The notes beneath the pieces were generated by a model, which searched no databases, had not been told where the DNA came from, and worked only from the letters and a program-made list of their open reading frames with translations. A stretch of DNA of 64,000 nucleotides from Amphiscolops sp. MND2022. Taxonomy: Eukaryota. Positions 1-12,870 of the stretch are shown piece by piece; positions within the stretch are counted from its first letter, which is position 1; each line of letters starts with the position of its first letter. Location of the stretch: positions 77,190,001 through 77,254,000 of the forward strand of contig OZ076411.1 of NCBI GenBank assembly GCA_964187785.1. The letters are read 5' to 3'. The position numbers and the translations under genes are program-made.

Positions 1-3000
1 AAGTCTACCCGTACGAAACACTCCTGAAACGAACCGTTATACTCCACGAACAGCGTCAATAACACAACATCAAAAAGCACCCTCCCATTCCGTTTTTTTG
101 ACTAGACCAAACACAATCATAGTATACACACTTAGATCTAGTACTAGTCGGAGGATTGCAAATCGGGGTCGAATCATAGCGTCGTCGAACAACTGCTTTT
201 CAAGAGGTGTCACCACTATCAGTTCTGACGTTATCGCAGGACGGGTGCTCACAAAATGCAAAGCCAGCTCGTTCCAATGTTCAACCACTTTACCACACAC
301 TTTTGCTAACTGGCTAAAGTCGTTTCCTCCAGATTGTACGTACTATAAAATCACACAGTGCCTTTTACTACCACGACAATAACAAGGACCCGATAGTCAC
401 CACATCACAGACTACAAATCCATAGCAAGACTTGTATGTCTTATCAAACACCTTAAGGTCTTGACCCCACCTCTTTCACCCCCCATACTCCAACGACACC
501 CAACGCGAAAACAAACAAAAAGGAAGCGGAACAAGAGGTGTTTTTTTCACCTGACGTATTTGCGGCAATCGGTCCATGAAACGTTCACGCACTACTGGCA
601 TCAACCGCGCCTTGAAGTACTCTACCACACCTAGAGGGTCCAAGCCACTGAATTCAGCCAGAAACTGTCGCCGAATTTCTCGAAACACTGTATTGGCAGT
701 GAACATTCCAACAACTAGTGGAGTATCAGACACGAGAGCAGCAGCAACTGATCTCCCAACCAGCAATTCTTCTTCCACAGTCACGCTTTTGATCTCTGCC
801 CTCTTCTGTAGACACGCGAGCACTGACACAATGTTTTCCACTAGGCGTTTTTCCCACCCACTGGTATCTGCCACAACGGACAACATAATCGTCTTCACCT
901 GCAGACCGTCGATGATGTGACACTCACCACGCCACTGTCCATTACACTGAGAAAGGCTCATACCAGCGCAGCAACTTGTATCCAGCAAAGAGTCCAGTCG
1001 ATCCAATACGTAGGGATCCAATCCGTGCAAGACCAAACTCTACAATACAAAACTACCTTTTCCCAAATTCCCGCAAAGCATTTACATCGAAACACACACA
1101 CGCACAACCTCAACTAAAACCTAGGCCATGCAATGCACTGATAATAACGACATCAATGAAAAACCTATACACACAATAACAGAAACAACACGTACCTGAC
1201 ATCAAGGATAATTCAAAGTCCTGCTTTCAAACCGCAACTCGGCTGATGTACACGCACACCAATCATCCACGAGACGTAAAACCCCGTCAAACGACGTTGA
1301 ATTGGCAAAGGCGACGACGAAATTACACAACCACAAATAGTTTGTACTTTCGTCGGACAACTGTGGCCGTTGACTCTCCTCCTCCTCTTCTTCTTCAATG
1401 GCAATCCGCTCTTCGACCGTCAGACTCAACTCTGATTCCATGAAAACCGGTGGTTCTGACATCCGTTCACGCCTGATTCTTTGATCTTCTTCGGCCGTTA
1501 CAGCTCGATAACACTTATCAAGTAGGGGCCTTTGGGTCATGATGCGATATTTTTGTTCCAATCTGGTGTGCTCGACTCCCTTCCAATAATCCCACAATGA
1601 AGATAAGCCACGACCAGCGATGCTCAGATCTACCCTGCACAGCAGACAACGGGCATAACCGTCGATGACACGCTTCCGCCTGGGAAAACCCACGAAAGTT
1701 CCCACGACACCAGAAACAAAGTAGGACGGCTTCAGCGTCTAGATTTTCCGGGTCCGAACTGAAAAGCAATAGACACTACTGCACCTCTGCTGATAACGGA
1801 ACCTTCTTCGGCGTAAAGACATCTCAAAAAAAACCCTTTGTATAAAACATAGTTTTTTAACCGTTTTTACTAAAACCCGTCATGTGATCTTATGAGATTC
1901 TTACCAGGTTTCACAGCACCAGTCTGAGGTACAACAGATGTCATCGCAGAACGGACATCCCCGAAAGCTGAAGGCATAGTGGAGCTCGCAATTGACCCAC
2001 CCTCACGAACAGTAACTGAACCAGCAGGCGGAGCAACTACTGAAGCAACTACCGAGGCTTGGATAACATCAGTACCACCACTGGTCGACAACCCAGACGC
2101 CTCCTCTGCAGTCGCTGCATTGTCGACGACAGTCTTCAGACGCTCTACGAACTCCCCAATAGCCATAGCACCAACAGTGCCCAGTCGGCCCAGCGTCGAT
2201 TCCACAGTCGCCTTCACAACATGCGACAATTTTTTCTCAAGCTCATTGATTGATGCGAGCAGAGTAACCATAGATAGGGACTCGCTGGAGGGATCACCTA
2301 AACAACGAAGCCACCAATCACTACCAGTGGGATGAGGCCTCGCTAACCACATTCCTACGTCCTATGAAAGACCCCTACCCTACCGCACACTGAACAATAA
2401 AACCCGACCGGAACCACAACGCCTTCCTAATTTATCACATTACTTACTAGTTGCAGTTTGAAGATTGCTCTCGAGTCTGGGCACCTCTGCAGCGGCACCA
2501 GAAGTACCCGATGATGGCTCACCTGTACGTAACATGCCACGCAGCACCTTGACAATCTCCACCAAACTCAGTTCCTCTAGAACATATCAACGCCAAAATG
2601 AAACACGAGCTCATACACGTTAAAACCGCCCTAACAGTGAATCCGAGGCAATAGATCCCGGGAAGTTCTGAAGAAACAATGAGACGGTATGTGCACTACA
2701 CCTTATCGTTACTCCATTGTCCTTGATTTGCCTTGATGTGTTATACAACCCTACCCGAGAAAACCCAAACAACAAAACCAACAACAAGCGACAAGTACTG
2801 ACGGAATTCATTTGATAACGCTATCTCGAGCAGAGATACAGCCGACTCGACGTTGGTAGCATCCAGTCGTTTGGCGAACCTGCAGCAAACTGCGACTGTC
2901 CCTTCTGCCAACACGTCATCAACACCCGCTGTCAAGTCGCCTCCATCCGAAGATTGACTTAAGCTCGATAACTCTGCCAGTAAACTTTCAGCTGCTTGTA

Positions 3001-3043
3001 CAAGTGAGGATACGTCCTCATCAGACGGATCAACGGCCGACAT
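1..3043 (-). pseudogene. Degenerate multi-exon gene with a C2H2/BED-like zinc finger; probable antisense accessory gene of LTR element A; continues past the window start
   Basis: Colinear minus ORFs 2741-3043, 1870-2352, 1202-1705, 476-1036, 70-300. Motif CLLCRVDLSIAGRGLSSLWDYWKGVEH. Candidate GT-AG introns at 1904-1823 (GTAAGA...GAG) and 1195-1121 (GTACGT...CTAG), plus a donor GTGAAA at 550. Confidence 0.6.
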
Positions 3044-4598
3044 TCAATCGTTGAAGATAACAATAACTGCTAATACAATAACTCTCAATCTATGGCAATC
3101 GGTGCGCATTACGATCTACCAGATTTCAGTATCTCCAATTGACAATGAAGCGGCTTGATCAACCACATCATTTCATATCGGAGAATTTTCATACTATCCT
3201 TAAAGAGTGTGCCCATCCACAACTCGAAGTTATACTCCAGTCAAATTATCCTTTCAAAGAATCAACAGATTCGCATGATTACGATCGCTACTGCCCAACC
3301 GGCCCTCCACTGATATATCAAAAACAATGGTCTCACAAAAAGAGAAACTGATTTACAAGAACCATAATTACTCAAGTTTTACCCAAATTACTGCAACGGC
3401 AAAAGGCATATTTCACGTTCTGCTAATCAAATCATCAACAAAGACTAATTGTATGATTACCTACCCGTTTATGTTAGTTGAGTTAACCTGAAAACAACCG
3501 AAAACAAACGGTTTTTACTATCGGTTTTCTACCTCCATCTGACTTATCGCAATACTGGCACCAATTGACACTTTCTGCAAAACGATAAACAATGTAGTCA
3601 GTGTACAACCTCTATCGGATTCGTATTTGGCATCGACGAAGATTTATTTACAAAGGGCACGACTGTCTATACTATGCTCTTCTGAATGTTTTCCGAATAA
3701 GCCGAGTAATTATTTACGCTGCCACGTTACACTAATTTCCGGTGAATTCAACTTTCATTAACTCACCACTGCTGACAACGATGCGCACGACCGGATGACG
3801 TGGCTAATATCACCACATCAACTAACTATTTACTCTCGACCGAGGTGATTCGGTCCTTGCGCGAACACTATTTCCTCCTTTCGCTTGCCAATACGAACAA
3901 CGAACTGACAAATTGACCATTACAGTTGTGAGACCGAATAACCGCTCCCAATGTAGTACGATGACTACATCACTGCCACTCGCGATAAATGAAGTCTGCC
4001 GAGTTCAAATTTGTTCACTGGAATACGATGTCTAAACTAACCAACGCTGAGAGACAAATGTTCACCATCCCCATTACATGCTCTTTTCCAAAAAGACCCG
4101 CCTTGCCTTATTTACCCATTTTCATACATTGCTACATTTATTCTGTAAACTGAATTTAATCATTTTTAGTTGATAGTAAAGTAATGTGCATGACGCACCA
4201 TCATTAGATTTCGTTTCAATACTATTAGTCCCGTGTTCAAGAAATATATTAGCCATTCACTCATATGATGCTAGTAATGTAACCACATCATAACACCAGT
4301 ATTGAGTCATGTAACTATAGCAACGCAATTGCAGTTTATATCGGTGCTATGATGAAATTGCGCAATTACCAACAAAAGTGTGAAAGTGCGTAGTGATATG
4401 ATTGGTTGATGTAGTCACGTGACCAACATCACCAAAATTGATACCAAGTGATATAGCGCAATCAGTAGAACTTGAAAAAGGTATTACGTGCAGTTACTAA
4501 CCAGATCAGTATATCGTCATATCTAAATTCTTGAACTTACGATTCACAATTACCAATATTCAATAAAACTCAAAATCTCCACCGTTTTCCCTCCACTT

Positions 4599-4938
4599 AT
4601 GGTTAACACTAGATCCAAAACAGCCAAACAAATGTATTCGGGTATGAACGGAACTGATAGACTTAGCGATGGTGAAAGCGAATGTAGCGTTCCAGAAGTT
4701 CTTACAAGAAAACAAATGAATGAGTTCGACAACGAGAACTTATTAGATTACAGAAACACAGATAACCGTCAAGCAGTCGACCAAAGCTTTTCTGAGATGA
4801 ATAGACAGATTAGTGAACTAACGAATCTTGTCTTAATGCTAACCGAGAAAATATCCTCGAATGATACGTTACCCTCTAACCATAGAGAAGGGAACATACT
4901 AAACACTATGTCAAATGAACATGGTGCACGTTCCGACA
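4599..4938 (+). mobile_element. 3' end of an LTR containing a Gag N-terminal fragment (element A 3' LTR; left boundary not resolved)
   Basis: ORF MVNTRSK...coiled-coil-like (FSEMNRQISELTNLVLMLTEKISS)...HGARSD ends at CGTTCCGACA (4938), then unrelated sequence. Same Arg-x-Asp/Asn + CA junction style as the TSD-verified LTR ends of element B. Confidence 0.5.
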
Positions 4939-4989
4939 AACAGAACAGAACAGTTAATTTGATTGGATAAACAAGTCACAAAAAAAGAA

Positions 4990-7860
4990 AAATGACTTTT
5001 ATATGAAAGTAACTATAAAGTATTCAATCAGGACAGGAAAAGAGCAGACTGCTCGTCACGTCCCTGCCCTTAGAACCCGATAAGTGGATGAAGAAAGAAA
5101 ACTCTAGAACCAAATTTTTTAAACAGAACACAGTTCAAAGATTTTGGCATGATCATTCTCATATCGAATATTTATATTTCGATACTAAAAAAACAATGAT
5201 AATACCTCTCTGTTGTCACGTACATACAATAATAGTCTAACACTGTCAACATATGACTTCATTTCTGATTTAGTCATCTTCAATAAGTTTTGAGGAATCA
5301 AATTCAAGCTCAACAAATAGTTATGAAATTTCCGAAAAGTTTTCGAGACATTTACGCTTGACGACTGTCCTATAATATTTCGAGGGAATATTGTTTCTTG
5401 AGCTCCCACGAGTTGGTAAATGGGACCCTTTGCATGTATATGGCGTGAAACATTGTTCCGATATATACGTTTCAAATACAGTCTGGATCTTGTGTTCGTA
5501 CCAGATGTTCTTTGAAGAAATGAACTTTCGCCTGGAAAAGATGGCTCTAAGAAGTCTGCGTTGAGTATTTTCAACTTTCATTAGGCTAGTTTTAGCAGCA
5601 GTCCAATAAAATATTGAAGGATATCTTATGACAGACTTGGCAAACGAAATATAGAACATCAAAAGCGAGGACCTAGTGTATTGCTCTCGTATTCTTTAAT
5701 TAGTGCCACAAACTTTATTGAGTTTTTAACAACATAATTTATGTGCTCATGGAATCTCAACGGTTCATCTAGATGCAGCCCTATGAATTAGCATGACTTT
5801 ATAAGTCAAAGGTTTCTCCAAAACATGAACCTCTTGTGGAACTCCGATGCCAAAAGAAACAATTTTAAAATTCCCGACATTAATGGTTAATTCGTTACTA
5901 ATGATCCAGTTCGATGATCTTTAACATCAGTTTGTAATAAAAATTCGCCTTTCGTCCCACTTTTCAAGAGACTTGTATCATCAGCTATCATTGTTACTTG
6001 ACTTTCTTCAATGACAGTCGGTAAATCTTTTATGTATGAAGCAGCAATGGCCCCAACACAGATCCTTGTGTGACACCGGTAGTAATCAGTCGTTTTGATG
6101 TTGTTCTTCCATTGTGATATAGAAATTTCACGCCTGTATTTTAAAAGCTGGCATTAAGGCTGAAGTTTCGCCCCGAAACCACTATTTTCCATTTTCTGTA
6201 AAAGTGTTTCAGGATTGAGAGTATCAAAGGCTTTTTGCAAATCAAAAACAGAAGATTGACCTATCTGCTTCTTTTTTATAGCTGCTCTTATGTGTTCAGT
6301 ATCAGTGGCAATGGCATGAATGCAAGACATTGTAGATCTAAACCCGGTTACATGTAGAAAGTTGTTTGACTCACAAAACTTCATCAATCTTTTGTGCTAC
6401 ATTTATTCGCAAATTTTGCTCAATGTTGTTGAAAGACGGATTGGTCTGTAATTTCCAGGGTCTTCGCGATCAACCTTTTCATATAATGGTTTTACTTTAG
6501 CTGTTTTGAAGCAATCGGGAAAATGCCTCTTCAATACAGTTGTTGAACAATATTGCAATACGAGGTCCTATTATGGGAGAGTGACACTTGAACATCTCAT
6601 TAATTATCCCATCTTCACTAGTACGTTTCTTGTTCTTATTGTTTCTGAGTTTTTTCGAAACTTCGAATTCATCAGCGGGATGCACGAACATGGTTTCCTT
6701 ATTGTTGGCGAGTTTGCCATTGTTCTCAGTTATAGGTAACTTGGATGACAGAATTTGACTAGCAGACCCGAAATAGTTTTTCAAATGGTCAAGATCAGGC
6801 AAAACAGTACAATGCTGTTGCATTTGATGAAGTTTTTTGATTTTAATGTCCGGTAAAAAATAGCTTCTTTTTGGAAGTCGTATTTTTTGGGTTACTTCAT
6901 CATTCGGTTGATTTTCATACTCGATATGATTTTTGGATTTTGGATTTTCAACCCGTTCTTGTAAGTGGCTATCTCATTTGACCATTGAGTTTTTATTTTC
7001 GTTGGTAATTCACGAGTTTGTTTCATTTTTAATGACAACTTCTTTTCCGGTGCAAACTTATCGATACATTCAATTATTTTTTCGCACATCATCTGATCTC
7101 GCGTTTCAATGCATAATCTTGATTGATTTGTCTTCAGCATTGATCGTGTAGGAAGAGAAAGTTCATTGCATTGTTGCCTTTCATGTTCTTCTTTTTTCTG
7201 CCCTTTTTCTTCTCCAGTTTTTTGTTTGATTTAAGAGAAATAAGAGGAATTGATGCCGCAACAATGATAAATCAGTTTTTGTTGTTTCAATCGTTTGTAC
7301 GGCTCATTACCCGCATTCCGGTAATCTAAACATTTTTTTGTTGGTGTAATTCTAGTTGGTAGAAAATTTTGTATTTTGCAATCATATGAAATGAGAAGAT
7401 TTTGATAATTGATTTTGTTATCATCAGTGACTAAGGTGTTTACATAATGAAGTCACCGAATATAAAACTTTCGAAGCTGAATGATTTTACGAAAAACAAG
7501 CTCCGGGAATTTTGGATAAAAAGTTTGTCAGCCTGAACGTATCAAGACGCTAAATTACACAAATAACTTTGACTACATCGTGGTCGTATTTCACTTTGAT
7601 TAGCTGGCACTCAATCCCAATGGAAGTTTCTATTCGCTCATATTTTTGATACAAAAAACAATTCCGCTCGATTGCCGTTTAAATTCTTTAAACGGATTCG
7701 AAACAATGGGCTTGTATCTATCGTTTTGAAATTCTAAGGGTCAAGTTCTGTCATCCAAATTTCTGTAATTGCTATTATTTTAGGGTTAGGTGTCAAAATT
7801 TCTAATAGTACCAAAAAGTCTTCGACATGATAATCTAAACATCGGATATTGAGCCCTAAC
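4990..7860 (-). mobile_element. LINE (CR1/L2/Jockey-group-like) ORF2 relic: AP endonuclease plus reverse transcriptase, many frameshifts
   Basis: EN start LGLNIRCLDYH and PKIIAITEIW near 7860-7760. RT motif FDLQKAFDTLN (6154-6387). Pre-RT HPADEFEVSKKL...SEDGIINEM (6497-6823). RT C-terminal FAKSVIRY...AAKTSLMKVENTQRRLLRAIF (5321-5662). Confidence 0.8.
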
Positions 7861-8099
7861 ACGGATGAAAAATCATTTTCTGTTCGAACACTTTCAGGGT
7901 TCTGAGCAAACTATGTCGAAGTTGGACACATGACAGATTTGACAGAAGGTCAAATGTTTGAGAGTAGCCGTTGCTAGAGTTTGTAAATCTTTTCAGTCAC
8001 CGCCTTGGTGCAAGAGTTTATTTGCAAGCGATTTGTCCAGAAGACCTTTATGATAGTCCATCATTTTGTCATTTTCGCCTCTGAATGACTCCAGTTAAT

Positions 8100-9012
8100 T
8101 GATTATATCGACATCATTAATAGTGCTGCTAAAATGGAAAGGTTGCTTGCAGGAAGGGGTTTTCATTTCCATTCTTGTATCAAACGAAGATGTAGATTTT
8201 TCGACGTTTGTTATGGAAACAAGGATTTTGTTTTCTTACAGTAACTCATCAACATCGACTTCACTCGTGATAGTATTCGCCCCAAAACCAATCACTCTTC
8301 GCTCGAAAACTTGAGGTTGGCTAATGAATGGTTGAGGTATTGCACGTTTTTCTCGAGCATAATCCATTAGGTCTTCATCTGCCCTCGTTAGTTTTTCATC
8401 GAAAAAAACTGATCGCCCTTTCATCTGGTTTCGGTACCCACTCAGTAATTGTTTTTTCCCAAATCCTAATTTTTAAATAAAAATAAAGAAACTTAGCTAT
8501 GACTGCCGGAGGTTGTCTTGCATCATCTTTTCTCCCCAACGGGTGGCAAGTAGAAAGGGCAAAAGAGTCCATTTGTACTCCCAGAACTGTCCTGACAAAG
8601 TGGACTACATCTTCAGTAACGTTCCGGTTGGATAATAAAGGAAAATGTCGAATAATAATACAGTCTTGTGATTGATAACGTTCGACGTCGTTGAGTTTGT
8701 TTTCAAGAAACTGAACCTCCAAGCCTTATTCAGTAATTTGTAATCTTGGTACTCTAAACGTTTACCCATTGAATAAAGAATAGTCATAAGTGTCGGATTC
8801 ATTTCTTGAATAGAATCTAATTGTTTTGCTTTTTCGGTAAAATAGGACATCTTCAGCTGAGAATCAGTTTTTTGAAGCGCTAATTGAGCAAACTTTTGCA
8901 CAGTGGTGGCTGAATACGTAATCGTTTCCAATGTTTCAAGCAGCGGCATGCTCAACTGATCTTTAGCTATGCATTCGTTCTTGGGTAGCTTAGCAGTGCT
9001 TTCGTTAGTCAA
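8100..9012 (-). pseudogene. LINE ORF1 relic (coiled coil plus L1-type RRM/CTD), copy 1
   Basis: Overlapping ORFs 8605-9012, 8396-8722 (LNDVERYQSQDCIIIRH...CHPLG...PAVIAKF) and 8236-8424 (GRSVFFDEKLT), directly upstream of the EN domain. Confidence 0.7.
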
Positions 9013-9653
9013 GGTTAAAAAGATGAAAAAAAGAAAAATTCATTAACTCCAAGATAAATTCATATAAATTTATCAATTTCAAACATAAGTATTTCCATTA
9101 TGGCTTTCATTAAAAAACGTTTTGACTCTGAAATCAAAAAGGTTTCAACGAGAACTTTTTGAAATTGTCAGCATTTAAATTGATATTGAGCATTTATAAA
9201 TGATATAATGTTTCTATCGATGTTGTATGTATAAGCCAAACCATAATCCGTGTGAAAGTCTATGAATATTTTTACTGTGAGTTTCCCCATCGCCAAAAAC
9301 AGACTTTTTTGACCAACCAACTCTGTCAATTATTTTTTCTTTTTAATTGGTTTCAGCTAGGAACAGTATTGTCATAACAATTGAAAAACATTGGTAACGA
9401 AAACACTCTGTCAGCCTGACAGCTAAAAGAACGTAAAAACTTCATCGCTTTCACATTGTAAACGTGTATAGCATTTCCTGGTTTATGCGGTGTACACAGA
9501 AGTTACAAAAATCATCGCTTTCACATAGATAGTCTATATCTTGAATTCCTTGCTCATTGCTTCCAGGAAGTTCATTCATAAAATAATCTCAATCATTGCA
9601 CAAAATTTGTTTATAAAGAAACATAATGCATTAAGCCTCTTTTCAGTTCCCAC

Positions 9654-9935
9654 CCGTGTGAATTCACGCATGTAATTATGTAAATTAGTCAAATTAATGT
9701 AAACCAGTCAAATGAATAGTGTAAAACCGTCAAACTAATTACCGACTGTCGCAGCGGTAATTGAAATGTGAAGCATTTTTGTTAAATGAGAAAGCAATAG
9801 AATGTATCGTTTGTTTGGTGTAAAGTAGTCAAACTTTGATCTTTTTTCCCATTTTCAATGAATGATTATTCTAATTTCTCGAAAAGTGAGTTCTAGTCAA
9901 AGATTGACTAATTTACACTTCATTCACATTACGGA
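9654..9935. mobile_element. Small MITE-like element (duplicated at about 11689-11970)
   Basis: 14-bp inverted repeat TGTAAATTAGTCAA (9679-9692) / TTGACTAATTTACA (9904-9917), with weaker outer similarity. No TSD established. Confidence 0.4.
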
Positions 9936-10134
9936 TTAGTCAATTGTATGTCGAAGTTGGACACATGACAGATTTGACAGAAGGTCAAATGTTTGAGAGT
10001 AGCCGTTGCTAGAGTTTGTAAGTCTTTTCAGTCACCGCCTTGGTGCAAGAGTTTATTTGCAAGCGATTTGTCCAGAAGACCTTTATGATAGTCCATCATT
10101 TTGTCATTTTCGCCTCTGAATGACTCCAGTTAAT

Positions 10135-11047
10135 TGATTATATCGACATCATTAATAGTGCTGCTAAAATGGAAAGGTTGCTTGCAGGAAGGGGTTTTCA
10201 TTTCCATTCTTGTATCAAACGAAGATGTAGATTTTTCGACGTTTGTTATGGAAACAAGGATTTTGTTTTCTTACAGTAACTCATCAACATCGACTTCACT
10301 CGTGATAGTATTCGCCCCAAAACCAATCACTCTTCGCTCGAAAACTTGAGGTTGGCTAATGAATGGTTGAGGTATTACACGTTTTTCTCGAGCATAATCC
10401 ATTAGGTCTTCATCTGCCCTCGTTAGTTTTTCATCGAAAAAAACTGATCGCCCTTTCATCTGGTTTCGGTACCCACTCAGTAATTGTTTTTTCCCAAATC
10501 CTAATTTTTAAATAAAAATAAAGAAACTTAGCTATGACTGCCGGAGGTTGTCTTGCATCATCTTTTCTCCCCAACGGGTGGCAAGTAGAAAGGGCAAAAG
10601 AGTCCATTTGTACTCCCAGAACTGTCCTGACAAAGTGGACTACATCTTCAGTAACGTTCCGGTTGGATAATAAAGGAAAATGTCGAATAATAATACAGTC
10701 TTGTGATTGATAACGTTCGACGTCGTTGAGTTTGTTTTCAAGAAACTGAACCTCCAAGCCTTATTCAGTAATTTGTAATCTTGGTACTCTAAACGTTTAC
10801 CCATTGAATAAAGAATAGTCATAAGTGTCGGATTCATTTCTTGAATAGAATCTAATTGTTTTGCTTTTTCGGTAAAATAGGACATCTTCAGCTGAGAATC
10901 AGTTTTTTGAAGCGCTAATTGAGCAAACTTTTGCACAGTGGTGGCTGAATACGTAATCGTTTCCAATGTTTCAAGCAGCGGCATGCTCAACTGATCTTTA
11001 GCTATGCATTCGTTCTTGGGTAGCTTAGCAGTGCTTTCGTTAGTCAA
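10135..11047 (-). pseudogene. LINE ORF1 relic, copy 2 (from the tandem duplication)
   Basis: Translations identical to copy 1 except RA/RV in one ORF. Confidence 0.7.
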
Positions 11048-11999
11048 GGTTAAAAAGATGAAAAAAAGAAAAATTCATTAACTCCAAGATAAATTCATAT
11101 AAATTTATCAATTTCAAACATAAGTATTTCCATTATGGCTTTCATTAAAAAACGTTTTGACTCTGAAATCAAAAAGGTTTCAACGAGAACTTTTTGAAAT
11201 TGTCAGCATTTAAATTGATATTGAGCATTTATAAATGATATAATGTTTCTATCGATGTTGTATGTATAAGCCAAACCATAATCCGTGTGAAAGTCTATGA
11301 ATATTTTTACTGTGAGTTTCCCCATCGCCAAAAACAGACTTTTTTGACCAACCAACTCTGTCAATTATTTTTTCTTTTTAATTGGTTTCAACTAGGAACA
11401 GTATTGTCATAACAATTGAAAAACATTGGTAACGAAAACACTCTGTCAGCCTGACAGCTAAAAGAACGTAAAAACTTCATCGCTTTCACATTGTAAACGT
11501 GTATAGCATTTCCTGGTTTATGCGGTGTACACAGAAGTTACAAAAATCATCGCTTTCACATAGATAGTCTATATCTTGAATTCCTTGCTCATTGCTTCCA
11601 GGAAGTTCATTCATAAAATAATCTCAATCATTGCACAAAATTTGTTTATAAAGAAACATAATGCATTAAGCCTCTTTTCAGTTCCCACCCGTGTGAATTC
11701 ACGCATGTAATTATGTAAATTAGTCAAATTAATGTAAACCAGTCAAATGAATAGTGTAAAACCGTCAAACTAATTACCGACTGTCGCAGCGGTAATTGAA
11801 ATGTGAAGCATTTTTGTTAAATGAGAAAGCAATAGAATGTATCGTTTGTTTGGTGTAAAGTAGTCAAACTTTGATCTTTTTTCCCATTTTCAATGAATGA
11901 TTATTCTAATTTCTCGAAAAGTGAGTTCTAGTCAAAGATTGACTAATTTACACTTCATTCACATTACGGATTAGTCAATTGTATGTTGAACATTCTTGA

Positions 12000-12870
12000 C
12001 TGGTTTCCATTTTTCCCTAATTGCGCTCAATGACCACAATCCGCTAATTCTGATTACACAACGCATCACAATACGCGATGAACACGATGCAATGTTTGAC
12101 TAGAATACGGTTCGTTCTCGTTTTACGGAAAAGAAACTTTACACTTGATGATAAATTCCACATTTGCGGCATATGTATCGTAATGAGTTGTGCAAGTCAA
12201 ATTACCAAGTATACTAAAATGAGCCCAAGATTTTGTTCACCACAGAACAGAACGTTTTCGTAAACGTTTTGCTCAAGCGTTAGAGTCCAGGCACGGTGGC
12301 CTTGTGTTCTTGCAATTCAGTGCCCACCAACAAGAGCACATTAGCTTGTTTAAGGCAGTGCGTGAGGAATCTGCACAACGCTGGGTCACGTGTAAAAATG
12401 TCGAAGCGTGTCGGCGCCACGTTGGAAGTTATGCTTAAGATGCAATTTTGGCATCTCGTTTTCATTTCAGAGTGGGCTGCTGAAACTTGAAGCTGAATCC
12501 CTTGCTCTTATCCGTAAGGTTTCAATGATTTTTCTTGATGATTGAAGTCGTCCTTTTGCTCAGACCTGCCGTGTTCGAAAACTATCAGAAGTGCACATAA
12601 AGTCGCAATTCTCAGCGTCCACTTTGAAATTCGCCTCTCTAAGACATTCGACGACTTCTTTAATCCTCACAAGTTGAGTTTCCATGGTTTCGTTGGCTAT
12701 CATGATGTTACCGATGTGATCGTTGACCCTGTCGAGACTTTGTGATGTGGTCTTGTTGTTGACCTCGGAATGTGACTGATGCAAAGCAAAGACCAAATGC
12801 ATACGGCGACCTTCAAACAGGCTCAACTCGCATCCGAATACGGTCCTCCCTCCATCCGTCGGATTTATAA
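12000..12870 (-). pseudogene. Degenerate Gypsy pol (RT and connection region) fragment
   Basis: ORF 12560-12826 ...HIGNIMIANETMETQLVRIKEVVECLREANFKVDAENCDF matches the region just after the YxDD motif (catalytic DD lost). Confidence 0.6.

Larger units (their letters stand above)
7912..11981. repeat. Near-perfect tandem duplication, 2 x 2035 bp
   Basis: All ORFs recur at +2035 (8099/10134, 8236/10271, 8396/10431, 8605/10640). TATGT lies at 7912, 9947 and 11982. I spotted only three substitutions by eye. Confidence 0.95.
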
